Shown: one piece after another, positions 55,481 to 64,000 of the stretch
Position numbering within the stretch: position 1 is the stretch's first letter
How the letters are laid out: every line of letters begins with the position of its first letter
Assembly (NCBI GenBank): GCA_009694095.1
Contig: SHVV01000001.1
Span: 146-64,145, forward strand
Length of the DNA stretch: 64,000 bases
From: Alphaproteobacteria bacterium
GTDB lineage: Bacteria > Pseudomonadota > Alphaproteobacteria > SHVV01
Direction of reading: 5' to 3'
Notes under the pieces: model-generated
What the model saw: only the letters and a program-made list of their open reading frames with translations
What the model was told of the DNA's origin: nothing
Databases searched by the model: none
Made by a program: the position numbers and the translations under genes

Positions 55481-56647
55481 TCAATTGGGCCGGTCGAGAT
55501 CGGAGTCGGAACGCGTCCAATACCATCGCTCTCCCGGGCTCGGAGGGTACTGGGGAGCGACCAGAGGTGGTCGTACGGCGGACGGAATGGCGCTTTTACC
55601 ACCGTTGAGCGGCTGAAATCTTGATGGGAAGGCCTCGCCATGTGGTGAACAGTCCACACGCACGAACGGTGTTGCATCAAGCCAACTCGAAAAACGGCCG
55701 TGCGTACAGTAGTAGTCCGCGAAGGTGATATCGCCCGCGCGCAACTCGTGGGCGACAAGTGCCCCTAGCGCTACCGCATTCGTCTCAGACACCGGCAAGA
55801 ACTCGACGACGCGCAGCGCGCGCCCGAATGGTTCGCGCCCTAAAGCCGTGAGCACGGTGATCGTCTCCGTGCGGAACACCAGCAGCCCGAAGCGGCCGGC
55901 TTCTTCAACGACATGGACCGTATAAGCAAAGAGTGGATGCTTTCGATAGCGCCACTCGAGATAAGCAAGGTCTCTCTTGGCGCCAACTATCTCATCCGCG
56001 AAGCCAGGCCAACCTTTCGCATTCCAGCTTTCGTCGAGCGGTTGCGCACGTCCCAGGTTAGGGTCAGCCGAGCCTCCCTTTGCTCCCAGCAATGCGAGAA
56101 GCCCGGTTCGCGCGTTTCCCGGCAGATCTGGGTGGGCCAGCGCGATGAGTTCCTTTAGTTGAGGCAGCGCACCTGGGCCTGGCATGACGTAGCGCATCAT
56201 GTTCGGGACAATTGTCCAGCCCCATGCCTTATAGAGTGGTTCGACCAATCTGTTGATGCCCAGTCCGACGAGGCGGCAACCCAGATCCGTCTCAAACCAA
56301 TGGATTAGCCGTCGACCGATTCCACTACCGCGCGTCTCGGGCAGCACCAACCAGTTGGTGGGCCAGATCGCCGCCTCCTCTACCCCGCGGTGCCACAGGA
56401 TGAATGGAATGCCACCAATACAGCCCACGACACGATTGCCGGCGCGGGCGAGGACAAAACTGTGTTCCGGCCGATGCCAAGCCGGGCTGTCACCAAAGCT
56501 CCAGCGAAAAAGCTCAGGTGAACGATAGTAGATGTGGTCTTTAGCCCAGTACGTATTCAAAAATGTGAGGGCCTCTGCCGCCCGTTCGCGCGGCACGAGT
56601 TCAATGCGCGTTTCCGTTGTGGGGGCAGAGGGGATCGCACCAGTCAT
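55481..56647 (-). CDS. GNAT-family N-acetyltransferase
   Basis: 'ETRGSGIGRRLI' acetyl-CoA P-loop. Confidence 0.6.
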   Translation of the reverse strand: MTGAIPSAPTTETRIELVPRERAAEALTFLNTYWAKDHIYYRSPELFRWSFGDSPAWHRPEHSFVLARAGNRVVGCIGGIPFILWHRGVEEAAIWPTNWLVLPETRGSGIGRRLIHWFETDLGCRLVGLGINRLVEPLYKAWGWTIVPNMMRYVMPGPGALPQLKELIALAHPDLPGNARTGLLALLGAKGGSADPNLGRAQPLDESWNAKGWPGFADEIVGAKRDLAYLEWRYRKHPLFAYTVHVVEEAGRFGLLVFRTETITVLTALGREPFGRALRVVEFLPVSETNAVALGALVAHELRAGDITFADYYCTHGRFSSWLDATPFVRVDCSPHGEAFPSRFQPLNGGKSAIPSAVRPPLVAPQYPPSPGERWYWTRSDSDLDRPN

Positions 56648-57624
56648 GACGCCTCGGCGCGCAGCGCGATCGTAAACTCGTTAGGCGAAGCTTCTGCCGT
56701 TTGGGGTAGATCATTGGTGTCGAGTCGAGGCAAAAGGTAACGCGCAACGATACCCTTCACCAGCGCGCGTTCGCCGGTGAGCGCGCCGGCATAGCCTGCC
56801 TTCTTCACCGCCAGGATGGCTGTTTCATCTACGGCTCCGTGCGGGTAGGTAAAGAAGCGCGGCTCGTCCGGCCGGATGCCGATCTCGTCAAGCAGGCTCC
56901 AAGGACCCTTTACCTCTAGCCTCAACTCATCCGAGCTGATGCCGGTTACCCGTCGATGGCTTGCACCATGGCCGCCGATCTCCATACCCATGCGTGCCAT
57001 CACGCGGAGCTGTGCCAAACTGACATAGACTTCGCGCGCGAAGGTGGCGCGGTCGGTGCCGAGCTTGGGGCCGATGAGCCGATCAAGCAACCACCTAACG
57101 CTAGCAGCGGGCAGCGCTACCTGAAACAGCCGCTTGAGGAAGATGACCTCGGCCGGATCGTAGCGGCCAGGTTTTGCCCACTGCGCGTGCAAGGCACCGA
57201 AGTTAGGCAAGGAGGCACGCTCTGGTAGCGACTCGTAAAGCGCCGCGATCTCCGCGGTGAGCACTTGAACGTCGGGACAGGCCGCCAGGATGTGCTGTAC
57301 TAGTTGGACATCGAGCGGCCCGCGTCCGAGCGCGGCGTCGGAGGACACGAAGAAGGCGCCGCTCATCTTCCGCTGGATTAGCGCGGGCAGGCAGTACGTA
57401 TAGTGATCGGCGAGCCCATCATCGAAGGTGAGAACGCACGCATTGTGCGGTAACTGCGTAGTGTCAAAGCTCACGCGCACTAGATCAGCCAGCGACACCA
57501 CCTCGTAGTGCCGCGCGATATAGTCGAGCTGACCCTCGAATCGCGCGAGGTCGAGGCCCGCAAGTGCCGGATAGCGCGTCTCCGCGAGCGGGCGAACATA
57601 ATGATAGACGACGATTGTCAGCAT
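56644..57624 (-). CDS. polysaccharide deacetylase (NodB homology domain)
   Basis: 'LTFDDGLADHY' motif. Confidence 0.75.
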   Translation of the reverse strand: MLTIVVYHYVRPLAETRYPALAGLDLARFEGQLDYIARHYEVVSLADLVRVSFDTTQLPHNACVLTFDDGLADHYTYCLPALIQRKMSGAFFVSSDAALGRGPLDVQLVQHILAACPDVQVLTAEIAALYESLPERASLPNFGALHAQWAKPGRYDPAEVIFLKRLFQVALPAASVRWLLDRLIGPKLGTDRATFAREVYVSLAQLRVMARMGMEIGGHGASHRRVTGISSDELRLEVKGPWSLLDEIGIRPDEPRFFTYPHGAVDETAILAVKKAGYAGALTGERALVKGIVARYLLPRLDTNDLPQTAEASPNEFTIALRAEAS

Positions 57625-57683
57625 GAGACGCGGATAATTCGATCAGCGCTGCATTCTGTCAATGGGGCTAGCAATCGTGGAAT

Positions 57684-58310
57684 TCAAGGGAGCGCGCCAA
57701 TCACCAGCGCTAGTTTCGCTGCCACAATATCGTTGCCGCGTGGCGACATGTGCGCGAGGTCCAGATACACCGGCTTCTCAGTTTGGACTGCTCGGCGAAG
57801 GTCAAGATAGGTCGTGCCGCAAGCGTTCTGGTGCTCGAAGACGTTGTTGATCGCGAAATAAGTCCGGCTAAAAGCAGGGACGAGAGCCGGGATATAGATC
57901 TCTGTCTTGCCAAGAATAGTCTGCTCCTCGCGTGACGGCGTCTCTTTGGAAAACAATGTCGGTTGCAGGGCGAAGATGGTCTTAAAGTGCAGCTGCTGTC
58001 CGGCCGCCGCGACAATCGCCATCGAACCACACACGTGATTGGCCACTGAGCTCGCGCGCCGTTCGATCTCTTCGGTTTCGCTCGCCATGACATTGCTCGG
58101 ATTGTTGAGGTCGATAGGGAGGGGACCGGGAATCAGAAGTTGAAGAAAAGCGGACCGGGACCGAGCCTTGTTTAGGATTAGAGTAGTGAGGTCAGGAGCA
58201 CCGCCGGCTAAGATTCCCCGCTGAAAGGCCACGAACGCCATATGCGGCTCCCCGTATACGACGCGATGCAGCGTGTCGTTGACGCCATCGTAGAAAATGA
58301 CGACGTCGGG
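57684..58310 (-). pseudogene. 5'-truncated SGNH/GDSL-like hydrolase/acyltransferase
   Basis: in-frame 'RPDVVIFYDGVNDT' block upstream of first ATG, ends 'LDLAHMSPRGNDIVA'; no block I; abuts IS256 remnant. Confidence 0.5.
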
Positions 58311-58317
58311 GCGATGG

Positions 58318-58802
58318 CGCGCCGGGGCTGGAGAAGGCTATCGCCGCCGTCTGGAATGGCGTGCCCCCGCAACGGTGCACGGTTCATAAACATCGCAACC
58401 TGCTCAGCCACGCGCCCGAACGCCTGCACGAGGAGATCACCGCCGACCTACGCCGCGACGGCCGCGGAGATCGAACAGCGGCGCAAGGCCTTTGTCCGCA
58501 AGTGGCGGCTCCGCCACCGGGCCGTCGCCGATAGCCTCGAAGAGGCCGGCGACGCCCTGTTCGCCTTCACCCGCTTGCCGCCATCGCAATGGCGCAGCGC
58601 CGGGACCTCGAATGCCATCGAACGCCTCCACGAGGAGTTCAAGCGGCGGATCAAGACCCAGACCGTGCTGCCGTCGGCCGATACGGCGTCCATGTTGTTC
58701 TGGGCGCTGCTCGCCTCCGGCCAGATCGTCATGCGCAAGGTCGATGACTGGCAGACGCTCGCCATGAAGGTCGGCGACGGCCCGATTGACCTGGCCGCCT
58801 GA
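58318..58802 (+). mobile_element. IS256-family transposase remnant (C-terminal about 160 aa, frameshifted)
   Basis: 'AIAAVWNGVPPQRCTVHKHRNLLSHAPERLHEE' then '...TSNAIERLHEEFKRRIKTQ...MLFWALLASGQIVMRKVDDWQTL'. Confidence 0.75.
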
Positions 58803-58869
58803 ACCGATAACTTCAACCCGCCGGAGGCCGCGTTACGCCGAATTCCAACACAACACGCGACGGCACCAT

Positions 58870-59215
58870 TGTCAGCATGAGGCGCGGTTGGCGACGCCCG
58901 GTCAATTACCAAGAGCGGGAGCCTCGGTGCGGCCGAACCCCAAGGACTGCGCCAGGAAAAGCCTTACCAACCGCTGCCCCATAACTGCGAGGACGGGAAG
59001 GCTGGCTGCTAGCACCATTGCCCATTGCGCACTGTAAAACTCGGGGCTGCGCGACGGCCTGCGCTGCGACAACGACGAGCACAATGCCCAGCGCGTTGTA
59101 TCCGTCGCCACAGGGTGCGGGCGCGATACGGTGTGCCAGCAACTGCACGCCCGCGCGATAGACCGCGACTGTGACGATCATGGCGGTCATACCACCTTCA
59201 ACCCGAGCAGCGGCA
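58870..59215 (-). pseudogene. diverged duplicate of the wzx 3' end
   Basis: nucleotide and protein similarity to 60992-61330. Confidence 0.6.
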
Positions 59216-59249
59216 CCGAGAGGTAGAGGGTAACGTCAAGATTTATTTG

Positions 59250-59540
59250 TCAGGAGGAAAGGGTACTGATTCCCTGCATTTTGTTTTCGTGTGCGAAGAC
59301 GGCGAAGGGGATGCGATCCAGGAGGTACGGTCTTGGAAGACGCCCATGGGTCTGGTGCGGCGTCGAACTTCGCGGAAACGGCGTTCGATGGCATTGGTGG
59401 TGCGCATCCGTTTGCGCTGATCGAGGGTCGGATAGCGCCAGCAGGTGAGCAGTTCGTCGAGATCGCCGCGCAGGCAAGCGACGGCCTTGGGATAGGTTTT
59501 CTGCTAGCGGTCGGCGAAACGGCGGGCGGCGGCGCCGGCT
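59250..59540 (-). mobile_element. second DDE-transposase C-terminal remnant (mutator-like), frameshifted
   Basis: 'TNAIERRFREVRRRTRPMG' and 'DRIPFAVFAHENKMQG' in two frames. Confidence 0.5.
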
Positions 59541-59850
59541 TTGGGCAATGTCGTGGCGTGCACGATGCAGTGGAAGGTGATGGGTTTGCGCCGCGTGACG
59601 ATGACATAGTTTGCGAGAACCCAGGGGAATGCCAAGCTGGTCGGACTGCATCGATGTCGATGTAGGGCAACCAGGAAGTTGTTCTCGGTTGGACGAGAAT
59701 TATTTATGCATTTTTTGGGCACTTCTAGCTTCCACGTAGAGAAGTCCGTACCGCGCATCCATATGAGTTCCTGGAGCAGGGTAACGACTCAAAGTGCTCA
59801 GGCACTTTGTTGAGCGTGACGAGGTCATAACCACGCGTGAACGTGGGAAT
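59540..59850 (-). pseudogene. mosaic of a wzx internal fragment and a methyltransferase 3' fragment
   Basis: 59590-59625 matches wzx around 62020; 59640-59830 is about 75% identical to 50510-50705. Confidence 0.55.
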
Positions 59851-59891
59851 TAGAGGTCGGGCGGTAGCCGCCAATTGGGGGTCGGATCGAG

Positions 59892-60650
59892 CTATCCAAC
59901 AAAAACAAAGCTCTGTGCTTCGGCAGTGGCCATGAAGGGCTCGAAGCGCAGCTCGGGGTTCCGAGCGGTGAACTCTGCCCAAGCACGTCGTTCTCCTTGC
60001 TCCGGGTTGGCGCGAAAACAGTTCCAGTCATCGAATACAATGATCGTGCCCGGTTGAAGGAAATCGGGGATGAACCTCAGCACTGGTACCGTTGATTCAT
60101 AAAGGTCACAGTCGATGTAGATGACCACGGCCTTTTTGTGTTTAAGTCGGGTCGAGAGTTCCGGTGTCAGAGAACGGTCATAGAACCCGCGTACAGTGAG
60201 GAGACGCTCGCGCGGCATCCCGGCGCAGGTCACTAATTCAATAAACTTCTCCTCCGAAGTAGCCAAGCCACCCTTGGACCATATTTCCTGACGATCGATC
60301 TCGCTGATCTCTGGTAGGCCCTCGAAAGAATCGAACGCAACGTAAGTCCAATTAAACAGGTGTCTCGAATGCTTCCAAGCCATGCGCATTGTGGTCGCGC
60401 TGTGGCAGCCGAACTCCAAATAATAACCTTCGAGCGGTCGGTTGATGTTGCAGAAACGTGCGATACCAAGGAAGATCGATTCACGCTGCTCCATAGCAAA
60501 TTTCGAATAGTGCTCGCGTCGCCACGCCTGACCGTCGCGATAGGAGCGATCGAGCAACCACTTGACGAAACGTACGACGGGTTGTGCTGACTTCCGGATA
60601 GGTTCCGGAATGGCACGGTACTTCGACTTCAGAGCAGAGGCTATTCCCAC
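59892..60650 (-). CDS. TylF/MycF-family SAM-dependent O-methyltransferase
   Basis: 'VIYIDCDLYEST' metal-binding block, 252 aa. Confidence 0.65.
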   Translation of the reverse strand: MGIASALKSKYRAIPEPIRKSAQPVVRFVKWLLDRSYRDGQAWRREHYSKFAMEQRESIFLGIARFCNINRPLEGYYLEFGCHSATTMRMAWKHSRHLFNWTYVAFDSFEGLPEISEIDRQEIWSKGGLATSEEKFIELVTCAGMPRERLLTVRGFYDRSLTPELSTRLKHKKAVVIYIDCDLYESTVPVLRFIPDFLQPGTIIVFDDWNCFRANPEQGERRAWAEFTARNPELRFEPFMATAEAQSFVFVG

Positions 60651-60789
60651 GGGCGAAACCTATTCCTATACGTTTGGGCGCGACAAGATAGCAGGGACTA
60701 GACTATGGACTAGGGTTAATGGAGGACCGCCGACCGCAACTCGACTACCACATGTGTCACGTCGCGGTGCTCAACCCGCTGCTCGGCGG

Positions 60790-60967
60790 CTAGGCTCTGC
60801 CGAGGGATCGTCGCGCGCCGAAGAAGTCGGCAAATTCACGCCGCTTCATCCGGCGTTCGAAAGCAGTGAAGCCGGTGCGGCACAGAACGTATCGGGCGAG
60901 CCTGCCGCATTGCCTCTTTGCGCAAGGTTAGGGCCAGATAGACGGACGATTGTCAGCATGAGGCGCG
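60790..60967 (-). pseudogene. recombination scar: kpsS-like 3'-end remnant joined to deacetylase 5'-start remnant
   Basis: 60797-60860 matches 53838-53900; 60943-60967 matches 57611-57635. Confidence 0.5.
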
Positions 60968-60991
60968 GTTTTCGATCAAGGCTGCACGAGG

Positions 60992-62437
60992 TCATCGGCC
61001 AAGAACGGGAACTTCAACAGATCGGCTAATGCCGAGGGATCGGGACAGGAAAAGCCTGACCGGCCGCCGTCCCACTACTGCGAGCAGGACAAGGCCGGCC
61101 GCCAGCACCGCGGCCCGCAGCGCGAGACTTGGTGCTGTCTGGGCGACGAACTCCGCTGCGGCAACAACAAGCATGATGCCCAGCGCGACGTAGCGGTCGC
61201 CAGAGGTTGCGGGTGCGATTTGGTGTGCCAGCAATTGCGCGCCCACGCGATAGACCGTGATCATGACGATCATGGCGATCACGCCACCTTTCAACCCCAA
61301 CAGCGGCACCAGGACGTAGAGCGTGGGCAGCCACAGCGCAAGCGATACCAGCATGAGTGCGCTCAGCGAACGGCCGCGTTGATGGGCATAGAGAAGGCCA
61401 GTCTGCGGCTTACCCGATGACTGAACGAGCATATAAACAATCCAATAGGGCAGAAGAACGGCCCCCTCGGTAAATTTGTTGTGTGTTAGGAGGGCGACCA
61501 TATCGGCGCCGAAACAAGCAAAGGCGAGCCCCAGAGCGGTAAGACCGACATGGAAAAACTGCCACATCACTATGGTCTGTGTGAAACGGGGCCTCTGGGC
61601 TTCCCGTGCCTCTTCGATCGTCGTCGGCCATAGTGACAATGCTCCGGCTTTGACCCCCATGTGGACCAAACTGCGGTACTGGTTGATGTGTGCGTAAAGG
61701 CCGAGGCCGCTAAGGCCGAGCCCGCTCGCGAGCAATCCGCGCTCGACGGTCGTCTGAAGACCCTCGCCTAAAGAAGAGGCCATCGCCAGGGGGCCGATTT
61801 TCCGGAGCTCCAATAGCCAGCGGGTATGTATCCTTGGCACAAGGTAGGAACGCAGCACCATCAGCGCACCCAACAAGGTAACCGCTGCCGAACCGACGAG
61901 GGCGGCGAAGATCGCGATAACGCCCCAGTCGAAGACATAGAGCCCTACCAGCACGAGGCTGGCGTTCACGACGACTTGAGCTAGCTGCACCAGCGCAAAC
62001 ACGCCAGGCTTGCGCTGCATGACGATGACATCGTTTGCGAGAACCCAGGGCGTTCCGAGTACCATCGCGGCCACAGCCAGCCATACTGCGGAGGTCCCTG
62101 TCTCGGCGTAAATCGGATCGATGCTGGGGAGCATGGGCCAGAACGCCACGATCAGCGCGCCGAGTCCCAGCGAAACCGTGACGGTCGCATAAAGCACTGT
62201 GGAGATCATCGAGCACCGCTCCGCGTGCTCCAAGGTTTGAAAGTTGCCAGAAATGATAAAAGTCAGCCCAAGTGTTGCCATCGAGGCGGCGAGAGAGGTC
62301 ACCGCAGTTACCAATGCGACGATTCCGAAGTCCGCCGGATTCAACATATAGGTAGTGAACGGCACCATCGCGAAGCTCACGATGCCACGCGCTGCGGCGG
62401 GAAGGAAGAAGAGGGAGAAGGTTCTCGAAAACAACAC
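60992..62437 (-). CDS. Wzx-like polysaccharide flippase (MOP superfamily)
   Basis: 481 aa, about 12-14 TM helices. Confidence 0.7.
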   Translation of the reverse strand: MLFSRTFSLFFLPAAARGIVSFAMVPFTTYMLNPADFGIVALVTAVTSLAASMATLGLTFIISGNFQTLEHAERCSMISTVLYATVTVSLGLGALIVAFWPMLPSIDPIYAETGTSAVWLAVAAMVLGTPWVLANDVIVMQRKPGVFALVQLAQVVVNASLVLVGLYVFDWGVIAIFAALVGSAAVTLLGALMVLRSYLVPRIHTRWLLELRKIGPLAMASSLGEGLQTTVERGLLASGLGLSGLGLYAHINQYRSLVHMGVKAGALSLWPTTIEEAREAQRPRFTQTIVMWQFFHVGLTALGLAFACFGADMVALLTHNKFTEGAVLLPYWIVYMLVQSSGKPQTGLLYAHQRGRSLSALMLVSLALWLPTLYVLVPLLGLKGGVIAMIVMITVYRVGAQLLAHQIAPATSGDRYVALGIMLVVAAAEFVAQTAPSLALRAAVLAAGLVLLAVVGRRPVRLFLSRSLGISRSVEVPVLGR

Positions 62438-62576
62438 GGTATCGCCTTATCTGCATCGGTTCGGGTGTGCGATCACGCGGCCTAGAGGTACGTTATTTTC
62501 ACGGTATGCGTCGTGAAGCGGCAGTCGCGCGACACTTGTCTCTCCGTCGAGAATCCTATCTTGAGGATTAGCGGCG

Positions 62577-63866
62577 CTATCTCGCCTCCGCTCCGTTCAC
62601 ACCGCGATAGGATTGAATGGCCGAGGTGATCCCGCGGGCCACCTGTTCCGGTGCGAAGAAAGCGCGGAAAGTTTCGTAGCCCTGCGCGCTAAGCTTTTGC
62701 CGAAGAGGTCCTTTGCGCGCAGCCTCGACGACCATATCCGCTATGTCGTCAAGGTCACGTCCTAGCAGCGCGTTCTCGCCGTCTACCATTTCCGGTATGG
62801 CTTCTGCAGCGCATGCCGGTGCGACGACGCTAGCCCCCAGGCTCCACGCATGCAGGTACCGCGTATGCGCGCAATTCAACGGCCCGAGATTGTTGAGGCA
62901 CAAAAACACATCATCCGAAACTAACGCCGCGTCGATATCAGACACGAATCCCATTTGCCTTAACTCGGGCTGATCAAGAAGCTGTCGAACGTACTGCATG
63001 GGCTCGCCTGCGCCATAGAGCCTAAGCTCGAACGGCTGCCCTGCGAATCGCTTTCGTAGTTTGGGCAGAAGGTCGCGAACCAGGATCTCAAAACCATATG
63101 AATTGGCGGTAGCAAACATCTTGCCAATGCTGCAAGTGATGGCAATTGCTTCGTCTCGGCGCTTCTCTCGAAAGGAGGGCCCAATTTCGTTACATCGAGC
63201 GGCTGTTCGGTCGATAAAGGTATTGCGGGCGTAGTGGGCTCCGGCGTGGCCCTTCAAGCGGTAATAGGCCGCGAAATTGGCGGAATGGTTACCGAGGAGA
63301 TGGTAGCGCTTGACCTCACTAATATGCGTGCTGGCGGCGCGGGCGGCTAGGAAGCGCGCGAGTAGATATGACTGTACGCTCGCTCCATTACGGCGTGCTA
63401 GTTCAGCCTGGGCAAAACGGCTGGGGCCATCCGGATTGCCGTAGTAGGCGTAGCGAAGGGGTACGTTTGCGCGGCCGGCAAGTGGTGTTAGCCACTCGCT
63501 CATTGGGACGAGCACCACGTCGCAGGACGCTGCCTGTAGGCGAGCATCCAGAAGTTCGTAGAACTTCACTTCGGGATGGAAGAAGTCGATGCGGGGCCAT
63601 GGCCCATACTTGCGTAAGCGGGGCCGTGCTACCCATGGGAGATCGAGAGACTCAAGCACTCTAACTCCCTGCGCCTGAAGCGATGTTATTCCGGCACGCG
63701 CGGCGTCGTTGATCGGTGGGTCGTCGAAGCGATTCACTTTGAGAAAGCTCACCTCGAAGCCGGGCTGTCTGGCCAAGGCTGCGGTTAGCTCATGAAGCAC
63801 GATGGGAGCGGCGTTGACGCCATGGGTGTCGTGCGCCCACATCGAGCTTGCCACCACTATATGCAT
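62577..63866 (-). CDS. glycosyltransferase, GT-B fold (GT4-like)
   Basis: 429 aa; C-terminal 'E...E'-type motif region. Confidence 0.55.
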   Translation of the reverse strand: MHIVVASSMWAHDTHGVNAAPIVLHELTAALARQPGFEVSFLKVNRFDDPPINDAARAGITSLQAQGVRVLESLDLPWVARPRLRKYGPWPRIDFFHPEVKFYELLDARLQAASCDVVLVPMSEWLTPLAGRANVPLRYAYYGNPDGPSRFAQAELARRNGASVQSYLLARFLAARAASTHISEVKRYHLLGNHSANFAAYYRLKGHAGAHYARNTFIDRTAARCNEIGPSFREKRRDEAIAITCSIGKMFATANSYGFEILVRDLLPKLRKRFAGQPFELRLYGAGEPMQYVRQLLDQPELRQMGFVSDIDAALVSDDVFLCLNNLGPLNCAHTRYLHAWSLGASVVAPACAAEAIPEMVDGENALLGRDLDDIADMVVEAARKGPLRQKLSAQGYETFRAFFAPEQVARGITSAIQSYRGVNGAEAR

Positions 63867-64000
63867 GATTTTAGTCCCCCTGCCGACATTCGTGCGGGAT
63901 CTGGACGGGCGCCAGATCTTGCGCCGTTCCTCTCATCGCCTCGACGAGCGACCGGACACGTGCTCCGTCATCGAAAGAGGGTTCCACCGGGATGCCGTGA

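Overview
The sequence is high-GC (about 65%) and most likely alphaproteobacterial chromosome. Coordinates 1-37,500 hold dense housekeeping genes: redox proteins (DsbD-like fragment, Prx5-type peroxiredoxin, CDGSH protein, C-terminally anchored DsbA), rnhA-thrB-ispH, the glycine-cleavage operon gcvT-gcvH-gcvPA-gcvPB behind a tandem glycine riboswitch, the ATP synthase F0 operon atpI-B-E-F'-F, smc, a DUF721/DciA-like gene, mutY, ccrM, rnhB, a CPA2 antiporter, three tandem EamA-family transporter paralogs, a PA0069/SplB-like radical SAM gene divergent from an 'rSAM-associated transferase' pair, moaB/mogA, an Slt lytic transglycosylase, family-4 UDG, UDP-xylose synthase, ETF-QO, a TPR protein and ispE. 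From about 37.6 kb the character changes. Two tandem YjbE-like small secreted proteins (one with a T13 tail encoded by a trinucleotide repeat, preceded by a G4AG9 tract) lie next to a YjbF-like lipoprotein, a giant (~980 aa) Wza/GfcC-like SLBB export protein and a YjbH-like outer-membrane protein. A large surface-polysaccharide island follows, and the 39-48 kb stretch is of visibly lower GC than the rest of the window. It carries a UDP-2-acetamido-2,6-dideoxy-L-hexose pathway (FnlA/FnlB/FnlC-like), WbuB-like and other GT4 glycosyltransferases, Wzz, Wzx, two Zn-ribbon SAM methyltransferases, a 2OG-Fe(II) oxygenase, a KpsS/KpsC-like protein, a GNAT, a NodB deacetylase and a TylF-like O-methyltransferase. 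The distal part (57.6-61.0 kb) is scrambled: an IS256-family transposase remnant truncates an SGNH-like gene, a second transposase remnant is fused to wzx and methyltransferase fragments, and there are diverged duplicates of gene junctions. The most novel-looking element is the YjbE-like/giant-OPX/YjbH module with its candidate phase-variable repeats. No CRISPR array, tRNA or rRNA was seen. All family assignments below rest on remembered motifs, not on searches.
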